Of a stretch of 60,709 bases of DNA, positions 9,867-21,494 are shown in pieces; positions within the stretch are counted from its first letter, which is position 1, and each line of letters starts with the position of its first letter. The position numbers and the translations under genes were made by a program. Below the pieces are notes generated by a model. The model had not been told where the DNA came from and ran no database searches. It worked only from the letters and a program-made list of their open reading frames with translations. The stretch covers positions 1 to 60,709 of the forward strand of contig JAZQTV010000015.1 in assembly GCA_045630945.1 (NCBI GenBank), read 5' to 3'. Source of the stretch: Clostridia bacterium (GTDB lineage: Bacteria > Bacillota > Clostridia > Christensenellales > QALW01).

Positions 9867-10486
9867 TTTACATTCTCCAAATGTTCGGCTTTGCCGTATT
9901 CTACAAGCTTAAAAGCTCCGTTTTCGTAATCAAGATATGTAATGGATGCGTTTTTAGAAAGGGGGAACACTTCCTCAACGTTCTCCTTTTCTACGTTGAA
10001 CACACCCGAAAGAAGACACCTTAACACCGTACCGTGAAAGCCTACAAGCACCGTTTCGCCAAGATGCTTTTCGGCTAATTCGTAAAACACCTTGCACACA
10101 CGCTTCGTTGCATCGTCAACGGTTTCAGCACCCTCGATATAGAAAAATGCATCACGGTAAAACAAAATCTCCGCTTCTTTAGGATATTTTGCCCAAATTT
10201 CATCAAACGGTACACCCTCAAGAATGCCGCGATCAATTTCCTGCAAATCCTCGATTACCGTAACCGCTTTGTTGTGTGGCTTTGCGGCTATCCGTGCCGT
10301 TTCGTTAGCACGCTGAAGGGGGCTTGAATAGAACGCGTCTATTTTTTCGTTCTTAAGATATTCCGAAGCCGCCTGCGCCTGCATTACGCCAAGCTCGGTA
10401 AGGGGAACGTCTATCCGGCCGCCGCAAAAGCATTCCTTATTCGCCTTACTTTCACCGTGGCGAAGTATTATGAACCGCGTTTTCAT
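9863..10486 (-). CDS. Histidine phosphatase family protein (paralog)
   Basis: [11 protein letters not shown] and a later GFHGT motif. There is a 4-nt overlap with the uvrA stop. Confidence 0.85.
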   Translation of the reverse strand: MKTRFIILRHGESKANKECFCGGRIDVPLTELGVMQAQAASEYLKNEKIDAFYSSPLQRANETARIAAKPHNKAVTVIEDLQEIDRGILEGVPFDEIWAKYPKEAEILFYRDAFFYIEGAETVDDATKRVCKVFYELAEKHLGETVLVGFHGTVLRCLLSGVFNVEKENVEEVFPLSKNASITYLDYENGAFKLVEYGKAEHLENVK

Positions 10487-13305
10487 TTTAATACCCTCTT
10501 TAAAAATCTGCCTGTATGACTTTGTTCAAATTCAGCTACCTCCTCGGGCGTGCCTGTGGCAATAACCGTACCGCCGCCCACACCGCCTTCGGGACCCATA
10601 TCGATAATATAATCGGCAACCTTAATAATATCAAGGTTGTGTTCAATAACTATAACCGAATTTCCGCCCTCGGAAAGCCTGTCAAGTATGGAGATAAGCT
10701 GTTTTACATCGTGAGTGTGAAGACCCGTAGTAGGCTCGTCAAGAATATACACCGTCTTGCCCGTAGGCCTTTTTGAAAGCTCGGTTGCAAGCTTAACACG
10801 TTGCGCTTCACCGCCCGAAAGCATGGTGGAAGGCTGACCAAGCTTGATATAGCCTAAGCCAACGTCGTACAAAAGCTGAATTTTTCTGTGTATCTGAGGC
10901 AGGTTTTCAAAGAAGGAAAGCGCCTCTTCCACAGTCATATCAAGCACGTCAAAAATATTCTTGCCCTTATACCTTACCTCAAGGGTTTCCTTTGAATATC
11001 TCTTTCCGCCGCAAACCTCGCAGGGAACGTAAATATCGGGCATAAAGTGCATTGCAATCTTTATGATACCGTCGCCCGAGCAAGCCTCACACCTGCCGCC
11101 CTTTACGTTAAAGCTGAAGCGACCGCTGTTGTAGCCACGCATTTTTGCATCCTGCGTTTGCGCAAAAAGGTTGCGAATATGATCAAACACGCCCGTATAG
11201 GTTGCAGGGTTTGAACGGGGTGTTCTGCCGATGGGGCTTTGGTCAATAACAATTACCTTGTCAAGCTGCTGGATTCCCACAACGTCGTCACAGGGTGCAA
11301 GGGGCAAATGCGCACGGTTTAATTTGCGCGCAAGGGTGGTATAAAGCACCTGATTTACAAGCGAGCTTTTTCCCGAACCCGAAACACCCGTAACTGCACA
11401 TATAACGCCCAAGGGGAACGTAACGTCAATATTTCTCAAGTTGTTTGCGTGGGCATTTTTTACGGTTATATAGCCCTTGGGCGATCTTCTTTTTTCGGGA
11501 ACAGGAATTGTCATTCTGCCCGAAAGATATGCGCCCGTAAGGGAATTTTCACATTCCATAACCTGCTGCGGTGTGCCCGAACAAACTATTTCGCCGCCAA
11601 ACGCGCCTGCACGGGGGCCGATATCCACAATATGATCTGCCCTGCGCATCGTATCCTCATCGTGTTCAACCACGATCAAGGAATTTCCAAGGTCGCGCAA
11701 GCCCTCTAACGAAGCAAGAAGCTTTTCGTTATCACGCTGATGCAAGCCAATGCTTGGCTCGTCAAGAATATACAAAACACCCATCAATCCTGCGCCTATC
11801 TGCGTTGCAAGACGGATGCGCTGTGCTTCACCGCCCGAAAGTGTAGAAGCCGCCCTTGCAAGCGTAAGATATTCAAGCCCTACGTTTTCAAGGAACCTAA
11901 GCCTTGCGTTTATTTCCTTTAAAATTCTTTCGGCAATCATCGCATCTTTTTTAGAAAGGGTGATTTCCTCAAGGAATTTACGAATATCCGCCACCGACAT
12001 AATACTTAATTCGTGAATGTTCTTGCCGTTTATTTTGACCGCGAGCGCTTCGGGGCGGTAGCGTGTGCCGTTACACTTACCGCACAGACTGTGCGTCATA
12101 AACTGTTCAAGGTCGCGCTTTACACCCTCGCTTTGCGTATCGCGGAAGCGACGCTCCGTCTGAGGAATTATTCCTTCAAACGCCTGCTTGAACTGACGTG
12201 AATGACGGCTTGTGGTGATTTTAAACTCGATTTCCTCACCGCCCGAGCCGTAAAGAATTATATCCTGAAATTTCTTATCAAGCTGACAGAACGGCACGTC
12301 AAGAGAAAAGCCGTAATGCTTGCTTAACCCGTCGTAATACATACGGTTCATTGTGTCGGTGCCCATAACGGACCAACCTGAAATACGTATTGCGCCCTCG
12401 TTTAACGAAAGGTTTTCATCATGCACGATAAGGGCAGGGGAAACCTGCATAATGGTACCAAGTCCCGTGCATTCGGGGCAGGCACCGAAGGGCGAGTTAA
12501 AGGAGAAAAGCCGTGGTTCAAGCTCTTCAATGCTTATATTGCAGTCGGGACAGGCGTAGTTTTCGCTGTAAAGCTGCTCGGAAGCGGTATCAAGCCGTTC
12601 AATTACCGCCAAGCCACCTGCAAGCTTTAATGCGCTTTCAATAGAATCGGTAAGCCGTGAACGGATATCCTCACGCACGATAAGTCGGTCAACAACCACC
12701 GAAATACTGTGCTTAAGCTTTTTATCAAGCTTTATCTCATCCGAAAGTTCGTACATTTCGCCGTCAATCTTGGCACGGATATAGCCGTTTCTTTGTGCAT
12801 CCTCAAGTATTTTTACGTGCTCGCCCTTCTTTGCGCGGATAACGGGCGCAAGCACAAGAATTTTTGTGCCTTCGGGCATAGAAAGCACCGATTCAACTAT
12901 CTGATCCACCGATTGCTTGTTTATTTGCTTGCCGCATACGGGGCAATGCGCCACACCGATACGTGCAAACAATAAACGCAGATAATCGTGAATTTCCGTT
13001 ACCGTGCCCACGGTAGAACGGGGATTATTGTTGGTGGTCTTCTGATCAATGCTTATGGCAGGCGAAAGCCCGTCGATAGATTCAACGTCAGGCTTTTCCA
13101 TTTGCCCAAGGAATTGGCGTGCGTACGCAGAAAGGCTTTCAACGTACCTGCGCTGACCCTCGGCATAAAGGGTATCGAACGCAAGTGAGCTTTTTCCCGA
13201 TCCTGAAAGACCTGTAAATACCACAAGCTTGTTTCGTGGTATTTCAAGGCTTATATTTTTTAAGTTATGGGTTTTTGCACCCTTTATAACTATGTTTTCG
13301 TTCAT
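10483..13305 (-). CDS. uvrA: Excinuclease ABC subunit A
   Basis: 940 aa with two ABC modules ([14 protein letters not shown] and [10 protein letters not shown]), LSGGEAQR twice, and zinc-finger Cys clusters. Confidence 0.98.
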   Translation of the reverse strand: MNENIVIKGAKTHNLKNISLEIPRNKLVVFTGLSGSGKSSLAFDTLYAEGQRRYVESLSAYARQFLGQMEKPDVESIDGLSPAISIDQKTTNNNPRSTVGTVTEIHDYLRLLFARIGVAHCPVCGKQINKQSVDQIVESVLSMPEGTKILVLAPVIRAKKGEHVKILEDAQRNGYIRAKIDGEMYELSDEIKLDKKLKHSISVVVDRLIVREDIRSRLTDSIESALKLAGGLAVIERLDTASEQLYSENYACPDCNISIEELEPRLFSFNSPFGACPECTGLGTIMQVSPALIVHDENLSLNEGAIRISGWSVMGTDTMNRMYYDGLSKHYGFSLDVPFCQLDKKFQDIILYGSGGEEIEFKITTSRHSRQFKQAFEGIIPQTERRFRDTQSEGVKRDLEQFMTHSLCGKCNGTRYRPEALAVKINGKNIHELSIMSVADIRKFLEEITLSKKDAMIAERILKEINARLRFLENVGLEYLTLARAASTLSGGEAQRIRLATQIGAGLMGVLYILDEPSIGLHQRDNEKLLASLEGLRDLGNSLIVVEHDEDTMRRADHIVDIGPRAGAFGGEIVCSGTPQQVMECENSLTGAYLSGRMTIPVPEKRRSPKGYITVKNAHANNLRNIDVTFPLGVICAVTGVSGSGKSSLVNQVLYTTLARKLNRAHLPLAPCDDVVGIQQLDKVIVIDQSPIGRTPRSNPATYTGVFDHIRNLFAQTQDAKMRGYNSGRFSFNVKGGRCEACSGDGIIKIAMHFMPDIYVPCEVCGGKRYSKETLEVRYKGKNIFDVLDMTVEEALSFFENLPQIHRKIQLLYDVGLGYIKLGQPSTMLSGGEAQRVKLATELSKRPTGKTVYILDEPTTGLHTHDVKQLISILDRLSEGGNSVIVIEHNLDIIKVADYIIDMGPEGGVGGGTVIATGTPEEVAEFEQSHTGRFLKRVLK

Positions 13306-15263
13306 TCTTCTTCTCCGTAAAGCGTTTTTAGAAGGTCGCGTATCTTTGCCGCCTTTTCGAACTCAAGATTCTTTGAAAGGCGCAGCATTTCTTCTTCAAG
13401 CATACGAATCTGCGTTTTAAGGTCGCCTTCAAGCTTGAATTCTTCTTTAGTTTTGCCTGTAATTTCAATTATATCCGCAATAGGCTTAACGATAGTTTTA
13501 GGTGTTATGCCGTGCTTTTTGTTGTATTCCTCCTGAATACTGCGGCGGCGGCGTGTTTCATCAATGGCAAGGCGCATCGAATCGGTTATGTTATCCGCAT
13601 ACATTATTACCTTGCCTTCAGCGTTACGCGCGCCCCTGCCTATCGTTTGTATAAGTGAGCGTTGTGAACGTAAAAAGCCTTCCTTATCAGCATCAAGAAT
13701 AACAACAAGGGCAACCTCAGGCAAATCAAGGCCCTCTCTTAACAGGTTAATACCCACAAGCACGTCAAACTTATTAAGTCTTAAATCCCTTAATATTTCA
13801 ACACGGTCAAGAGTGTGTATTTCGGAATGCATATACCTTACCCTGAAATCCGCATCCCTTAAGTATGCGGTAAGCACCTCTGCCATATGCTTTGTAAGGG
13901 TGGTAATAAGGGTTCTAAAGCCTTTTTTAGTGTTTTCAACAATCTCGTTCATAAGATCGTCAATCTGATTTTTCGTAGGTCTTACGTCTATTACGGGGTC
14001 AAGCAATCCCGTAGGCCTTATTATTTGCTCCGCAACCTCACCGCCTGCAAGAGAAAGCTCATATTCAGCAGGTGTTGCCGAAACAAAAAGCTTTTGCCCT
14101 AAAAGCGCTTCCGTTTCCTCAAACCTCAGGGGACGGTTATCAAATGCGGCAGGCAAGCGGAAGCCGAAATTAACAAGCATTTCTTTTCTTGAACGGTCGC
14201 CTGCATACATTGCGCGAAGCTGGGGCACGGTAGCGTGGGATTCATCTATTATGGTGATAAAATCGTCGGGGAAATAGTCAAGCAGGGTGTACGGTCTTTG
14301 CCCCGGATTACGCCCATCAAGATATCGCGAATAGTTTTCAATACCCGAGCAATAGCCTATCTCCTCAAGCATTTCCATATCGTAATTGGTACGTTGCTCA
14401 AGTCGTTCCTTTTCAAGAGGCTTGTTCATTTTATCAAATTCCTCAAGGCGCTTTTCAAGGTCAACACCAATCATTTTTATAGCGTTTTTTAACTGTTCAC
14501 TGCTTGCGGCATAGTGGGTGTTAGGGAATATTGCCGCATGCTTAAGGGTTGCAAGTACACGCCCCGAAACAACCTCGGTTTCGGAAATACGGTCTATTTC
14601 ATCACCGAAAAATTCTACACGCAACGCTTTATCCGAGCGTTCTGCGGTGATTATTTCAACCACATCACCGCGCACACGGAACGTACCGCGCTTAAAATCG
14701 GTGTCATTACGCTCATACTGTATATTTATAAGACTTTTTAAAAGTCCGTTTCTGTCCATATTCATTCCCGGACGAAGTGAAACCGCCATTTCGCCGTAGG
14801 AATCAGGATCACCAAGACCGTATATTGAAGATACGGAAGCCACCACAATAACGTCGCGGCGCTCCTTAAGGGCGCAGGTGGCGGAGTGACGGAGCTTTTC
14901 TATCTCCTCGTTTATCGAGGAATCCTTTTCAATATAGGTATCCGTCTGCGGAATATACGCCTCAGGCTGATAATAATCGTAAAAGGAAACAAAGTATTCT
15001 ACTGCGTTTTCAGGAAAGAATTCCTTAAATTCGGAATAAAGCTGTGCCGCAAGAGTTTTGTTGTGAGCAAGTACAAGCGTGGGTCGGTTTACGCGCTCAA
15101 TAATATTAGCCATAGTAAACGTTTTGCCCGAACCTGTTACGCCCAATAAAACCTGCGCATCAAGCCCATCGTTAAACCCTTCAACAAGCCTTTGTATAGC
15201 TTGGGGCTGGTCACCCGTGGGCTTATATGAAGAATGTAAAATAAACTTATCCACCTTGCTCAC
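13302..15263 (-). CDS. uvrB: Excinuclease ABC subunit B
   Basis: [21 protein letters not shown], helicase motifs and a C-terminal UVR domain (FEKAAKIRD). The start is a GTG at 15263, or a GTG at 15254 preceded by GAGGTG. Confidence 0.97.
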   Translation of the reverse strand: MSKVDKFILHSSYKPTGDQPQAIQRLVEGFNDGLDAQVLLGVTGSGKTFTMANIIERVNRPTLVLAHNKTLAAQLYSEFKEFFPENAVEYFVSFYDYYQPEAYIPQTDTYIEKDSSINEEIEKLRHSATCALKERRDVIVVASVSSIYGLGDPDSYGEMAVSLRPGMNMDRNGLLKSLINIQYERNDTDFKRGTFRVRGDVVEIITAERSDKALRVEFFGDEIDRISETEVVSGRVLATLKHAAIFPNTHYAASSEQLKNAIKMIGVDLEKRLEEFDKMNKPLEKERLEQRTNYDMEMLEEIGYCSGIENYSRYLDGRNPGQRPYTLLDYFPDDFITIIDESHATVPQLRAMYAGDRSRKEMLVNFGFRLPAAFDNRPLRFEETEALLGQKLFVSATPAEYELSLAGGEVAEQIIRPTGLLDPVIDVRPTKNQIDDLMNEIVENTKKGFRTLITTLTKHMAEVLTAYLRDADFRVRYMHSEIHTLDRVEILRDLRLNKFDVLVGINLLREGLDLPEVALVVILDADKEGFLRSQRSLIQTIGRGARNAEGKVIMYADNITDSMRLAIDETRRRRSIQEEYNKKHGITPKTIVKPIADIIEITGKTKEEFKLEGDLKTQIRMLEEEMLRLSKNLEFEKAAKIRDLLKTLYGEEE

Positions 15264-15343
15264 CTCGCTTTTTTACATATAGTTATTTTACCACATTATT
15301 TAATATTATGCCATATTTTTTGACGGTTTTTTGCGACTGTTAA

Positions 15344-15378
15344 ATAAAGAGGATGTGCAGGCTTTGCACATCCTTTTG
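15344..15378 (-). terminator. Terminator downstream of the zinc-ribbon membrane protein gene
   Basis: GGATGTGC / GCACATCC 8-bp stem flanked by T-rich runs on both strands. Confidence 0.7.
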
Positions 15379-15380
15379 TT

Positions 15381-16241
15381 TTATAATTCGTGGGTTTCGT
15401 TATCCTTAACCGTTGCAAGTTCCCTTTTGAAATCCCTTAAGGTTAAAGCAAACAAAATATATGCTACGCCCTGCGCACCGCTTGCAATATTGGCACCTAA
15501 AAGCGCAATTACGCTTGTTCCGCCCGAAATAAACATTAAAACAATAAGAAGCGTTGAAATTTTGCCTGTCACCTTTGCAGTTATTCCCATTCGGCTTACG
15601 GTGCTTATGGTTTTTATTGCAGGTATATAGAAGATAGCCGCAATGGCAATGCAGAATACGCAAACGGCGATTCCTGCGCTAAGAATAGCATCAACATACT
15701 CCATTGTAAGAACTGCATTAAAATCTTCACCCGTAAGCATTCCTGCTTCCTTCAGCTTTTCAAGCTCTGTTGTAAAGCTGGTCAGCATCTCATTTTTAAG
15801 TGCATCGTTATTCATTGCATCGACAAGCGATACTATGCTCACAACTATGCCAATCACCGCAATGGCTAAACTGATTATTGTGGCAACCTTTATAAGCGTA
15901 AAGCCTGTGCTTGAAAATGCTGTACCGTCTTTTTTGCCCTCGTTATAAATAAAAAACAAACCTATTGCCGCCACCAAGTTTATTCCAACGCTCAAAAGAC
16001 CGATTGTATTGGTCGTTAAAAGCTGAAACAGAACAGCTACCGCAAAGCACACCGCACCTACAAGAAATCTGCTTGAGGATGCGTGCTTTCTTAAAAGCGT
16101 TACTACGTTTTCAGCAGGCGCCTGTGCGGCAGATTGGGAAAAATCGTTTTTAGGTCTTTCCTGAATCAGCAACGATGCACCGCAAGCCTTACAAAACAGC
16201 GCATTATCGGGATTTTCTGTTCCACATTTTGCACAAAACAT
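15381..16241 (-). CDS. Zinc-ribbon domain membrane protein
   Basis: N-terminal MFCAKCGTENPDNALFCKACG (CxxC...CxxC) followed by several hydrophobic helices. AAGGAG RBS lies inside the end of the upstream gene. Confidence 0.7.
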   Translation of the reverse strand: MFCAKCGTENPDNALFCKACGASLLIQERPKNDFSQSAAQAPAENVVTLLRKHASSSRFLVGAVCFAVAVLFQLLTTNTIGLLSVGINLVAAIGLFFIYNEGKKDGTAFSSTGFTLIKVATIISLAIAVIGIVVSIVSLVDAMNNDALKNEMLTSFTTELEKLKEAGMLTGEDFNAVLTMEYVDAILSAGIAVCVFCIAIAAIFYIPAIKTISTVSRMGITAKVTGKISTLLIVLMFISGGTSVIALLGANIASGAQGVAYILFALTLRDFKRELATVKDNETHEL

Positions 16242-16242
16242 A

Positions 16243-17877
16243 TTATTTCTCCTTAAAATACCAATTATTTATTTGAGAGTACACGTTAGTCTCTCTTAAA
16301 ACGCCCGTAACCGAAAGCTTATTCGAATACAAAAGCGTATTCATTTCAAAGAACATTCCTATTTGCGGAAGCTCCTCCGTAAGCTTTTTCTGCAAATTCT
16401 GCACACCGTTCTTAAGCTCGCCAAGGCTGACGGAGCTATTGATTGCATTAAACGCCTCCTGACATTCCTGCGAGGAATAATTAAACAGGTTTCCGCTTCC
16501 GCCGCTTGAGAAGATAAAGCTTAAATTAGGTGTATCCGAAAGATAATATCCGCTTAACACCATATCATAGCTACGGTTATTTAGCGCCTTCTTAAAATCC
16601 TGCAGGGTGCGTGCATCAACGTTCACCTTAATGCCTGCTTTTTTAAGATCGTCACGGATATATTCTGCGGCTTCAAGGCGAATGGGGTTTGCCGCATCCT
16701 TAACAACAAGAAGTGAAAGCTCAATCCCGTCAATATATCCGTCACCGTCGTTATCTCTGTAACCAAGCTTTTCAAGACAGTTTTTTGCCTCAACAAGATT
16801 ATGGTCGTACCGCGTAACAGATGCACTTGAAAGCGACGTATCGTTAAATAGCGGAAGCTCTGCCCCCGTTGCCTTTTTAAGATACACGTTATTTATAATA
16901 TCGGTACGGTTAAGGCTGTACGCAATGGCTTTTCTGAACTCAGTCTGCGACACGAAATTCCTCGCAAGATTGAAGCCTAAAAACACATAGTTGTGGGATA
17001 CGTAATTAAGCTCATCCACGCCGTCAAGAATCTCATAAACCTCGGTAGTTTTTACCGAAGCAGGTACCACATCAAGCTGACCTGCCTTAAACGCATCAAG
17101 CATAGATTGGGTATCGTTATATCCCGTTGCTTCGATTTTTTCGATATAGGGAAGCTTTTTCCACCACTTTGTAAACACCGAAAGCGACATTCTTGTACCG
17201 CCCTCAAAGCTTAATTCATCCACCTTGTACGAACCGCTTCCCACAGGAATATCCCGTGTCATCTTATCACGCACCGAATAATAGCTTTGCGGTATCACGG
17301 GGATATTAAGCGCATAAATAAGGTTGTACGAATTCACCTTGGGGTAAATTATAAGCGTATTGCCGTAACCTTCCGCGCGGGAAACGTAATAGGAAAGGTC
17401 GGTATAATATATACTTTCAGGGTCGGAAAGTATTGCATTTACCGTGTACGCCGCATCAAAACCCGTAACCTCACCGTTATCACCGTGCCAATGCACGTTT
17501 GCACGAAGCTGAAGCACCCACGCGCCCTGCGCTTCATCGTACTTCCAGCTTTCCGCAATGGAAGCGGCAGGCTCAAAGCGGTCGTTAAAGGCAACAAGCG
17601 GCTCAAATATCATAGAATACACGTTTCGCATCTGTGCTTCCTTTACGTATAAGGGATGCATTGTGTATGGCGACGTGTTCATGGGAATACGTAGCGTTCC
17701 GCCTACAACAGGCTCTACCGTACCCGTTTCACCTGTTCCGTAATCACCTGGCGAAAGTATTATACCTTCAGGCTCCTTTAAACTGCAGGCGGATACCGTA
17801 ATCAGCGTTACTGCAATAAGCAGACTACTTATACACCTTTTGATATATCTCATAATAGGTGGTAACCTTTTTAACAT
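16243..17877 (-). CDS. ABC transporter substrate-binding lipoprotein, peptide/nickel (family 5) type
   Basis: Start chosen at the ATG at 17877 (GAGGAGACGAGGA RBS). This gives MLKRLPPIMRYIKRCISSLLIAVTLITVSAC, a lipobox signal peptide. The rest resembles family-5 solute-binding proteins. The 615-aa track ORF has a spurious N-terminal extension. Confidence 0.75.
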   Translation of the reverse strand: MLKRLPPIMRYIKRCISSLLIAVTLITVSACSLKEPEGIILSPGDYGTGETGTVEPVVGGTLRIPMNTSPYTMHPLYVKEAQMRNVYSMIFEPLVAFNDRFEPAASIAESWKYDEAQGAWVLQLRANVHWHGDNGEVTGFDAAYTVNAILSDPESIYYTDLSYYVSRAEGYGNTLIIYPKVNSYNLIYALNIPVIPQSYYSVRDKMTRDIPVGSGSYKVDELSFEGGTRMSLSVFTKWWKKLPYIEKIEATGYNDTQSMLDAFKAGQLDVVPASVKTTEVYEILDGVDELNYVSHNYVFLGFNLARNFVSQTEFRKAIAYSLNRTDIINNVYLKKATGAELPLFNDTSLSSASVTRYDHNLVEAKNCLEKLGYRDNDGDGYIDGIELSLLVVKDAANPIRLEAAEYIRDDLKKAGIKVNVDARTLQDFKKALNNRSYDMVLSGYYLSDTPNLSFIFSSGGSGNLFNYSSQECQEAFNAINSSVSLGELKNGVQNLQKKLTEELPQIGMFFEMNTLLYSNKLSVTGVLRETNVYSQINNWYFKEK

Positions 17878-18409
17878 AGTTCCTCGTCTCCTCAAAGGGA
17901 ATATAGGTAAGGGTTTTTCCGTCGGAAGAATATTCGGGGTTATTAAGCCACTTTTGCACGTTACCCTCGCCTCCGTTATATGCGGCAAGCGCAAGGGGAA
18001 CGCTGTTATCAAACTTTTCAAGCAGGTACGAAAGATAGCAGGTACCCAATATAATGTTGGTTTCAGCATCAAAAAGTTGCGTTGCATCAATGGAAAGCGA
18101 ATACTTTTCCTTAAGCCATTCTGCCGTAGTAGGCATAAGCTGCATCAGACCCCGTGCGCCCACGTGGGATTCGGCTTCCTTATTAAAACTGCTTTCCGCC
18201 GCAATAATAGCGTAGGTAAGATATGGGTCGACTCCGTATTCAGCCGAATATTTTGTTACTTCTTGTTCGTATTTTATGGGAAGCTTACGCTTTATCTCCG
18301 AATTGCCCCACACGAACACAACAAACAACAGAACGGCCAAGATTATTACCGTAATTATTATCTTGGGCAGATTTCTTAATAAATAGCTCTTTTTTCCGTC
18401 TTTAAACAT
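17825..18409 (-). CDS. Lytic transglycosylase (SLT domain), membrane-anchored
   Basis: AESSFNKEAESHVGARGLMQLMP is the SLT catalytic Glu/GLMQ motif, and there is an N-terminal TM helix. ATG at 18409 has an AAGGA RBS; the track start at 18415 is a TTG. Confidence 0.85.
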   Translation of the reverse strand: MFKDGKKSYLLRNLPKIIITVIILAVLLFVVFVWGNSEIKRKLPIKYEQEVTKYSAEYGVDPYLTYAIIAAESSFNKEAESHVGARGLMQLMPTTAEWLKEKYSLSIDATQLFDAETNIILGTCYLSYLLEKFDNSVPLALAAYNGGEGNVQKWLNNPEYSSDGKTLTYIPFEETRNYVKKVTTYYEIYQKVYK

Positions 18410-18986
18410 TTTCAAGTTCCTTTAGTATTTTATCCACCTGCTCAAAGGTTTTTTCAAGCGCACCGCCGTTATCGATTACGTAGTGGGCATATTCCTTGCG
18501 CTCGTGATCCTTAAGCTGACGGTTAATTCGGTTGCGCATATCCATTTGGGAAAGGTTTGACCTTTTTATTCCCCTTAAAATACGTGTTTCCTCTGCGCAT
18601 ATTACAAGAAGCACCTTGTCGCACCGCTTGTGAAGCCCTGCTTCAATAAGAAGGGGCGCATCAAGCACAACAATGGGTTTATACTTGTGGCTTTCAAGCT
18701 GAGCTTCCATTTCCGCGAAAATCAGGGGATGCACTATGGAATTTAAAAGTGCAGTTCTCTCCTCGTTTTCAAAGCAATAGGTGGCAAGAAGCTGTCTGTC
18801 AAGCCTGCCTTCCTTAAAAAACTTTTTTCCAAAGGCTTTTTCTATCTGTTTTGCGCCCTCCGAGCCCTTGTTTAAAACCTTGTGCCCGATGGCATCACAA
18901 TCAACGATAGGAATGTTTTTTGATTTAAGGTAGTTACTTACGGTGCTTTTACCCGAAGCAATACCCCCTGTAAGACCTAAAATCAT
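18402..18986 (-). CDS. coaE: Dephospho-CoA kinase
   Basis: MILGLTGGIASGKST P-loop, about 194 aa. ATGA overlap with the polA stop. Confidence 0.92.
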   Translation of the reverse strand: MILGLTGGIASGKSTVSNYLKSKNIPIVDCDAIGHKVLNKGSEGAKQIEKAFGKKFFKEGRLDRQLLATYCFENEERTALLNSIVHPLIFAEMEAQLESHKYKPIVVLDAPLLIEAGLHKRCDKVLLVICAEETRILRGIKRSNLSQMDMRNRINRQLKDHERKEYAHYVIDNGGALEKTFEQVDKILKELENV

Positions 18987-21481
18987 TTCAGTTCAAACCA
19001 TGTCCTTCCCGTATTGGTATCGGCAGTAAGCGGTACCGAAAGCGAATACACGCTTTCCATAATTTCCTTAAGCATTTTTTCGCACTCATCCTTGTGGGCA
19101 ATAGGTGCTTCAATTATAAGCTCATCATGCACCTGAAGAATAAGCTTGCCAAGATACGCCTTTTCCTTAAGCGCCTCACTTACTTTAAGCATTGCAAGCT
19201 TGATTATATCTGCAGCACTGCCTTGAATGGGTGCATTCATTGCAACACGCTCACCAAACGAGCGCACGTTATAGTTTTGCGCTCTTAATTCGGGAATTTC
19301 CCTGCGCCTGCCCATAACGGTACGTGCGTAGCCGCATTTTTTAGCCTGATTTACGCTTTCCTTTAAGTATTTTTCAACCTTGGGATATCTTTCAAAATAG
19401 GTTTCCATAAACTGCGCGGCTTCCTTTTTAGTGGTGCCTATGCTTTTACTTAACCCGAAATCACTTATTCCGTACACAATGCCGAAGTTGACCGCCTTTG
19501 CTTGCGAACGCTCGGCACTTGTTACAAGCGAAATATCTTTATTAAGCACCTCGGCGGCAGTACGCGCGTGAATATCCTCGCTATTATTAAACGAATTTAT
19601 CAGCGTTTCGTCACCTGAAAGATGCGCAAGTATTCTTAATTCTATCTGCGAATAGTCGGCATTAACAAGCACATGATCAGCCTTTTCTGCTAAAAACGCC
19701 TTTCTTATTGCCCTGCCCGCCTCATAGCGCACGGGAATGTTCTGCAAATTGGGCTCGGTGCTTGAAATTCTGCCCGTGGCGGTTACCGCCTGCTTGAAGG
19801 TAGAATGTATGCGGCCGTCCTTTTGCGAAACAAGCTGGAACATTCCGTCAATATAGGTACTTTTAAGTTTCTGAAGCTGACGGTATTCCATTATGGGTGC
19901 AATAATCGGGTGTTCAAGGCTTTCAAGCACGTCGTTATCGGTGGAATATCCGCGCTTGGTCTTTTTTACGGGCGGTAAGCCCAAATCGTTAAACAGCACC
20001 TCGCCAAGCTGAACGGGACTGTTTATATTAAATTCCTTGCCCGCAAGGAAGTGTATTTGCTTTTGAAGCTCGTTTATCTTTAACGAAAGTTCGCTTCCAA
20101 GCAACTTAAGTGCTTCACCGTCAACGTAAAAGCCTGTCTTTTCCATATCAAAAAGCACGCGCGCAAGGGGAAGTTCCATTTCCTTATAAAGCGAGATAAG
20201 TTCCTTTTTAGCTAACGCCTTTTCCTGCTTATTAAAAATATAGCACAGTGCGGCGGCGCCTTTGTTTGCCGAATAACGCTCAAATATTTTATCCTCGCTT
20301 ATCTCCTCACCGCCTGCTTCAAGAAGATATTCTGCAAGCATAACGTCACCGTAAACGTTGTTTATGCAGTTAAACACGTGCATTGCCTGCTTTGAATCGT
20401 AAAATATTTTTTTGATGCCTTCGTTTTCAAGGTAGGGTGCAAGGGCAATTTTAACGTCTTCAATATCCATACCCACGGAAAGCAAATCAACTGTAAGCGA
20501 AATACGGTATTCTTCCTTTTCGTCGGTTGCAACGAATATCTCGTTTGCGCCCATATACACCGCAAGGGTATCACCCTTAAAAGCGAATTCATCAAAATCC
20601 TTTACTGCAGCATCAAATTTTTCTTCCTTGCCGCCGTATTTTTCAAGAAGCGACTTAAACTGATACTTGGTAAAAATCTCTCTGTGAACCTCGTCACTTG
20701 GCGGTGCGTACACCGTCTGTGAAACGGGGGTAACGGGCACCTGACGGCAGATGGTGGCTAAAAATCTGCTTTCAAAGGCATCGTTTTTGCCATCACGTAT
20801 TCTTTCACCGAGCTTGCCCTTAATATTTTCGGCATCCTCATAGATGCCCTCAAGCGTACCGTATTTTTCAATAAGCGAAAGCGCAGTCTTTTCGCCCACG
20901 CCCTGAATGCCGGGAATGTTATCCGAGCTATCACCCATGAGCGCCTTAAGGTCGCATACCTGCTGGGGCATAACACCGTAAAAATCCTTTAAGTTAAGTG
21001 GTGTAAGCACCTCTAATTCAGAAATTCCCTTTTTTGTAAACCATACGGAAACGTTATTTGAAATAAGCTGAAACGAATCTCTGTCGCCGGTAAGAATAGC
21101 GGCTTCGTAGTCCTCTTCCTCCGCCAAGCGTGCATAGGTACCGATAATATCATCCGCCTCAAAGCCCTTTATTTCAAAGGTGAACACACCAAGGCTTTGA
21201 AGCACCTGCTTTAAAAGCGGTATCTGTGAACGAAGTTCCTCTGGCATAGGCTTTCTGCCTGCCTTGTATTCGCTGTAACGCTCGTGGCGGAAGGTGGGGT
21301 GCTTCACGTCGAAGGCACACACGATGCAATCGGGCGAATACTCCTCCACCGCCTTATAAAACATTTTAAGAAAGCCGTAAACTGCGTTAGTGTACACGCC
21401 TTCGTCTGTGGAAAGTATGGGCAATGCATAAAACGCACGGTTTATTAAGCTGTTCGAATCGATTAACAGAATTCTTTTCAT
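18983..21481 (-). CDS. polA: DNA polymerase I
   Basis: 832 aa with a 5'-nuclease N-terminus and polymerase motifs (DYSQIELR, RSQAKAVNFGIVYG, QVHDEL). Confidence 0.98.
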   Translation of the reverse strand: MKRILLIDSNSLINRAFYALPILSTDEGVYTNAVYGFLKMFYKAVEEYSPDCIVCAFDVKHPTFRHERYSEYKAGRKPMPEELRSQIPLLKQVLQSLGVFTFEIKGFEADDIIGTYARLAEEEDYEAAILTGDRDSFQLISNNVSVWFTKKGISELEVLTPLNLKDFYGVMPQQVCDLKALMGDSSDNIPGIQGVGEKTALSLIEKYGTLEGIYEDAENIKGKLGERIRDGKNDAFESRFLATICRQVPVTPVSQTVYAPPSDEVHREIFTKYQFKSLLEKYGGKEEKFDAAVKDFDEFAFKGDTLAVYMGANEIFVATDEKEEYRISLTVDLLSVGMDIEDVKIALAPYLENEGIKKIFYDSKQAMHVFNCINNVYGDVMLAEYLLEAGGEEISEDKIFERYSANKGAAALCYIFNKQEKALAKKELISLYKEMELPLARVLFDMEKTGFYVDGEALKLLGSELSLKINELQKQIHFLAGKEFNINSPVQLGEVLFNDLGLPPVKKTKRGYSTDNDVLESLEHPIIAPIMEYRQLQKLKSTYIDGMFQLVSQKDGRIHSTFKQAVTATGRISSTEPNLQNIPVRYEAGRAIRKAFLAEKADHVLVNADYSQIELRILAHLSGDETLINSFNNSEDIHARTAAEVLNKDISLVTSAERSQAKAVNFGIVYGISDFGLSKSIGTTKKEAAQFMETYFERYPKVEKYLKESVNQAKKCGYARTVMGRRREIPELRAQNYNVRSFGERVAMNAPIQGSAADIIKLAMLKVSEALKEKAYLGKLILQVHDELIIEAPIAHKDECEKMLKEIMESVYSLSVPLTADTNTGRTWFELK

Positions 21482-21494
21482 AAAACTTCCTTAC

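Noticed and set aside
10516-15282. Many 60-134-aa plus-strand ORFs inside uvrA and uvrB
   Set aside because: They are antisense to unmistakable uvrA/uvrB coding sequence. This is the typical shadow-frame pattern in a GC3-biased gene.
15264-15380. Search for a LexA (Cheo) box GAAC-N4-GTTC upstream of uvrB
   Set aside because: No such motif is present in the intergenic region, so no LexA site is reported.
17878-18090. N-terminal 71-aa extension of the substrate-binding protein ORF (track start 18090)
   Set aside because: The extension overlaps the lytic transglycosylase gene and has no signal-peptide character. An internal ATG at 17877 has a strong RBS and yields a lipoprotein signal peptide.
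17840-18379. 179-aa plus-strand ORF
   Set aside because: It is antisense to the SLT-domain gene, whose catalytic motif is clear. It has no RBS.
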